Shown: in pieces, positions 7,727-10,676 of the stretch | How positions within the stretch are numbered: position 1 is the first letter of the stretch | Layout of the letters: each line of letters begins with the position of its first letter | From: an uncultured bacterium | GTDB taxonomy: Bacteria; SAR324; NAC60-12 | Direction of reading: 5' to 3' | Length of the DNA: 10,676 nucleotides | NCBI GenBank assembly: GCA_964010765.1 | Contig: CAXGMD010000097.1 | Coordinates: 1-10,676, forward strand | Notes under the pieces: model-generated | Seen by the model: the letters and a program-made list of their open reading frames with translations, nothing else | The model's database searches: none | What the model was told of the DNA's origin: nothing | Made by a program: the position numbers and the translations under genes

Positions 7727-7976
7727 ATGAGAAAGCTAGTTCTTGCTTCCCTCTGTTTTCCACTTTTCACAAGTTTAGCCCTCGTCAAGAAGCTTATCTT
7801 TGCTAAAGGGCCTGATGGTGGTCTGTTTCGAGTATTTGCATCGGGCATCTCAGCGTGCCTGAACAAGAATCAAGATGAACACACCTTTACCACGCAGCAC
7901 ACGGGTGGAGTTGGGTAAGACAGGCATCGTGACGCCACTGCACAAGGGCGCCGCCTCTTTTTGGAAGAATCAGTAA
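7727..7976 (+). pseudogene. Internally deleted, frameshifted TAXI-family TRAP solute-binding protein remnant
   Basis: The frame from ATG 7727 gives a signal-like peptide then LIFAKGPDGGLFRVFASGISACLNK...TTQHTG, matching the TAXI N-terminal GPxGGxF pattern. The +1 frame 7905-7976 gives VELGKTGIVTPLHKGAASFWKNQ*, matching the TAXI C-terminal PLHPGAxx[FY][WY]KE motif. The middle of a ~320-aa protein is absent. Confidence 0.75.
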
Positions 7977-7977
7977 A

Positions 7978-8008
7978 GATTTGAAACACGGGATCACTGT
8001 TTCAAATC
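7978..8008. terminator. Perfect 11-bp inverted repeat (hairpin) right after the TAXI remnant
   Basis: GATTTGAAACA (7978-7988), a 9-nt loop, then TGTTTCAAATC (7998-8008). It starts 1 nt after the remnant's TAA. No U-tract, so it may be a stabilising hairpin or operator rather than an intrinsic terminator. Confidence 0.45.
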
Positions 8009-8039
8009 ATCTGTAACAGCAACAAATCTCTATCAAAGA

Positions 8040-8453
8040 ATGGATATTCACGAAGTGCGCAGGTGGACCAGTGAACTGAACGTCCTGGTTGTCGAAGATG
8101 ATGAAGTTTTACGGGAATCTTTCCAGCAGTTGCTCAGCTACCTCTTTGCAGAAGTTGATACCGCCGTTGACGGTCAGGACGCTTTCGATCAATGGGTGAA
8201 AAAGCAGCATGACATAGTCGTCACCGATCTAAACATGCCGCGGCTGAGTGGCTTTCGGCTGATCGAAAAGATTCACCAGCAAGCTCCACAGCAGGCGATG
8301 GTTGTCATCAGCGCCTATGAAGATGAAATTTTTCAGCAAGCTCTGACAACTCAACAGGTAAATTACCTGATCAAACCGGTCAGCCTGGAGGAATTGCTAA
8401 ACGTGCTGATTCCCGTTTGTCAAAGTCTTCCTTTAGAGCATCAAGGTTACTGA
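8040..8453 (+). CDS. Single-domain response regulator (CheY-like receiver)
   Basis: VLVVEDD, DIVVTDLNMPRLSG (phosphoacceptor Asp), VISAY and YLIKPV. No output domain. Confidence 0.93.
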   Translation: MDIHEVRRWTSELNVLVVEDDEVLRESFQQLLSYLFAEVDTAVDGQDAFDQWVKKQHDIVVTDLNMPRLSGFRLIEKIHQQAPQQAMVVISAYEDEIFQQALTTQQVNYLIKPVSLEELLNVLIPVCQSLPLEHQGY

Positions 8454-8596
8454 AGCAGTGAACAAATGGAGGCCAAGACTAAAAAATAAGGCTAAAATTC
8501 ATTTCATGAAGTCACTAAACTAGGTGCATTCCTCAAATCTTTGTATAGACTGTGCAGAAATACTAAAACCAGTTTGCTCCTACTCCAACGCACTTT

Positions 8597-9256
8597 ATGA
8601 AAAAAGAAGATCTGCAACGATTGAAAGATACGGGAAATTGTCCCAGGGGAAATCTCCGTGGGGTAGACCTGGGTGGGGCCAGTTTGTTGGAGGCTGTGCT
8701 GAGAGAAACGGATCTGTCTCAAGCGAACTTGCGGAGGACGTTACTTCGGCGAGCAATCCTGGTCAAAGCGAATTTGAGAGAAGCCAACTTACAGGAAGCA
8801 GATCTCAAGGGGGCTGACCTGGAAAGTGCAGATCTCTACCGGGCCGATCTGTTCAAGGCGATTCTAGAAGATGTTGATCTTCAGGACGCGAATCTGGATC
8901 AGCCAGATCTCCGCAAAGCGATTCTGATCAAAGCCGACCTCCGTGGTGCCAATCTGTTTCGGGCCAGAATGCAAGGCGCTAATCTTTCAGAAGCTGATTG
9001 CTACCGAGCCGACCTGGAGAAAAGCGATCTGAGTGATGCCAATCTGTACAAAGCCGATCTACGGGAATCGAACCTCCATGCTGTGAATCTTCAGGGGGCT
9101 AACCTTATGGGGGCCGATCTGGAAGGGGCCAACCTCTTTGAAGCCGACCTGACAGAGGCAAACCTGGAAGGGCTGAGCCTGGAACGTACGAACCTGGAAT
9201 CCGCTAAATTCCTCAAAACTATCATGCCTGACGGGCATTCGCACACTAGGCAATAG
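8597..9256 (+). CDS. Pentapeptide repeat protein
   Basis: 38 uninterrupted [DN]LxxA-type units from NLRGV to KFLKT, with the typical N-cap DLQRLKDTGNC and C-cap MPDG. No signal peptide. Confidence 0.95.
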   Translation: MKKEDLQRLKDTGNCPRGNLRGVDLGGASLLEAVLRETDLSQANLRRTLLRRAILVKANLREANLQEADLKGADLESADLYRADLFKAILEDVDLQDANLDQPDLRKAILIKADLRGANLFRARMQGANLSEADCYRADLEKSDLSDANLYKADLRESNLHAVNLQGANLMGADLEGANLFEADLTEANLEGLSLERTNLESAKFLKTIMPDGHSHTRQ

Positions 9257-9701
9257 CATTCTTCAGATTTTCTGTTTCTCGCTCGGAGAAGTTCGCCTTC
9301 AAGCCAGATGTGGGCCCAGGTCTACACATTCAATTTTCCCCATTTTTTCAGTTCTCACAATTCCCTCATCTACCACGAAGGTGGTCCCCCCTCTCCCAGT
9401 TGAGCGAGGTTTTTTAGTAAATTGATTTCATTTGCCAATTCAATTTTTTGGTGAGCAGCAGTCCGCAGTTTTTTTACCTTTTCCTTTGGGGAGAAACTGG
9501 CTGAAGGCTGGATGAGGGGTGTGTGTCAACTCTGAAGGTTTCTCCAAATTTTGTCTGATAACCAACCACTCTGTCTCTTCAATTCTCTTCCAACTTCTAC
9601 CAGCAACGTTTCGAAATTGAGCGAAACTCCAATCCAAGCAACCGGTTTCTTAAAAATTTATCTGCCAAAATGGAATCACTAATTTCAAAAAAGCAGAAAA
9701 A

Positions 9702-9962
9702 ATGGAAACCATACCCCGAAATCTAAAGACGCTCTCCTCCAGCTTTTTCTTGTTTGGACCCAGAGGAACCGGCAAATCCACCTGGCTTCGACAGCACTTT
9801 CCAGAGGCTCTTTGGATCGATTTGCTGGACCCCCGCGAACAGCGGATCTTCCGGGCGCATCTAGAGCATTTGCTCGAGCGACTGATGGGAGATCCAGAGA
9901 GAACGGTGGTGGTGATTGATGAGATTCAGAAAGCTCCAACTTTTTTGGATGTCATCCATTGA
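9702..9962 (+). pseudogene. Truncated AAA+ ATPase (AAA_14/DUF4143-type), N-terminal fragment only
   Basis: SFFLFGPRGTGKST (Walker A), WIDLLD and VVIDEIQKAPTFLDVIH (Walker B), then TGA at 86 aa. Family members are about 380-400 aa, and I see no expected LTGSS continuation downstream. Confidence 0.85.
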
Positions 9963-10391
9963 GAAGGCTGGACCCTTACAAATCTCCTCCCAAAATACTT
10001 GTGTCGTTCTCTCTTCCATTTGGCAAAATCTTTGTAGACGATCCGTCCGTCCGCTTTCATTTTTCCAGTGATTCGATAGTAGTCTTCTGCAAAAATCCCA
10101 ACTCTTTTTCAGGGCTAACGAAAGCCTAAAATCTTAAATAACAAGATTTTTCTAATTTTTGCTCCGAAATTCTCCACCTTATGTTTTCTGGCCTGGCGGA
10201 TATTCTCCGAAATGTTCCTACCGACAAGTAAATTTATTCACTATTTTCTCTTGTAAATCATTTTCTTGTAGTAGACGAAAAGATTAGTGAAAGCATAGCC
10301 TTCCTGTGATCTTTGATTAGATGGGGAAATTGACATCCCCTTCCCTTTGCGTTTGAAACATTGATTAAGAATTAAAAAGGTTAGGAGAGAT

Positions 10392-10676
10392 ATGGATCGT
10401 GCGCTGATTTTTGTGGACTCAAAGCATTACCGAGGCAACTGTCGTCGGATCCAAGACCGTTTTGAGGTGAAAGGATCGGTCAAACTGAATTACAACGACC
10501 AAGATCAAATGGTCAAATTATCTAATTTGAGCAGGGGTGGATGTCGACTCATCTCAGAGAACCATTGTAGTCCACAAGCTAGTGTCCATCTCACATTTCT
10601 AGTACCGTCCAAGATCCATCGGCAGCAATTGCAGGTTCAGTCCCCAATTCTTGCTCGAGTAGTACGCTCGCATCAC
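10392..10676 (+). CDS. PilZ-domain (c-di-GMP-binding) protein, 3' end beyond the window
   Basis: Not in the ORF track. RBS AGGAG at 10383-10387, ATG 10392, open for 95 codons to the edge: MDRALIFVDSKHYRGNCRRIQDRFEVKGSVKLNYNDQDQMVKLSNLSRGGCRL...ARVVRSHH. It contains RxxxR (RIQDR), [DN]xSxxG (NLSRGG) and the typical ARVVR strand. Confidence 0.88.
   Translation, partial: MDRALIFVDSKHYRGNCRRIQDRFEVKGSVKLNYNDQDQMVKLSNLSRGGCRLISENHCSPQASVHLTFLVPSKIHRQQLQVQSPILARVVRSHH

Noticed and set aside
7978..8008. TTTGAAAC/GTTTCAAAT resembling CRISPR repeat ends (also TTTGAAACA at 10352-10360)
   Set aside because: It is a single inverted pair, with no direct-repeat/spacer array and no cas genes.
8597..9256. 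Calling the pentapeptide protein a Qnr quinolone-resistance determinant
   Set aside because: The repeats are uninterrupted, Leu-centred and lack Qnr-type loop insertions. It looks like a generic pentapeptide-repeat protein.
9529..9657. KPVAWIG...EVGRE as a RelE/HigB-like toxin N-terminus
   Set aside because: Similarity is limited to a few residues, there is no start codon, and no antitoxin is adjacent.
6834..9939. Small ORFs 6834-7019, 6868-7104, 7032-7220, 7606-7866, 8504-8722, 8524-8817, 9059-9259, 9440-9637 and 9685-9939
   Set aside because: They are antisense or out-of-frame shadows of real genes or remnants, or lack any motif support.
10111..10130. GGGCTAACGAAAGCCTAAA as a possible c-di-GMP-I riboswitch upstream of the PilZ gene
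   Set aside because: Only a 4-bp stem, lacking the GCAAAC...GGGACGCAAAGC core and the second paired region.
10330..10358. TTGACA at 10330-10335 as a promoter for the PilZ gene
   Set aside because: No credible -10 hexamer at 16-18 bp spacing.

Overview
Bacterial chromosomal window, plausibly from a marine Deltaproteobacteria/SAR324-like organism (inferred from protein style only). The left part is a complete ProU/OpuA-family quaternary-amine (betaine/proline/DMSP-type) ABC importer, proX-proW-proV, behind a near-consensus sigma70 promoter and a ~260-nt leader. Converging on it is a 1033-aa membrane-bound hybrid histidine kinase (7TMR-DISM-like input, HisKA, HATPase, REC, PAS). Its last ~100 residues strongly resemble the cryptic DNA-binding domain of Vibrio ChiS, so it is a candidate one-protein sensor/transcription factor and the most interesting item here. 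Its divergent intergenic region holds four TTCTCC hexamers at exact 10-bp spacing, and the same hexamer recurs in most other non-coding regions. To the right are an atypical response regulator, an unannotated internally deleted TAXI-TRAP solute-binding pseudogene, a single-domain receiver, a 38-unit pentapeptide-repeat protein, a truncated AAA_14/DUF4143-type ATPase and the start of a PilZ-domain gene missing from the ORF track. No rRNA, tRNA, CRISPR array or transposase was recognised. All family assignments come from motif recognition by eye, not database searches.
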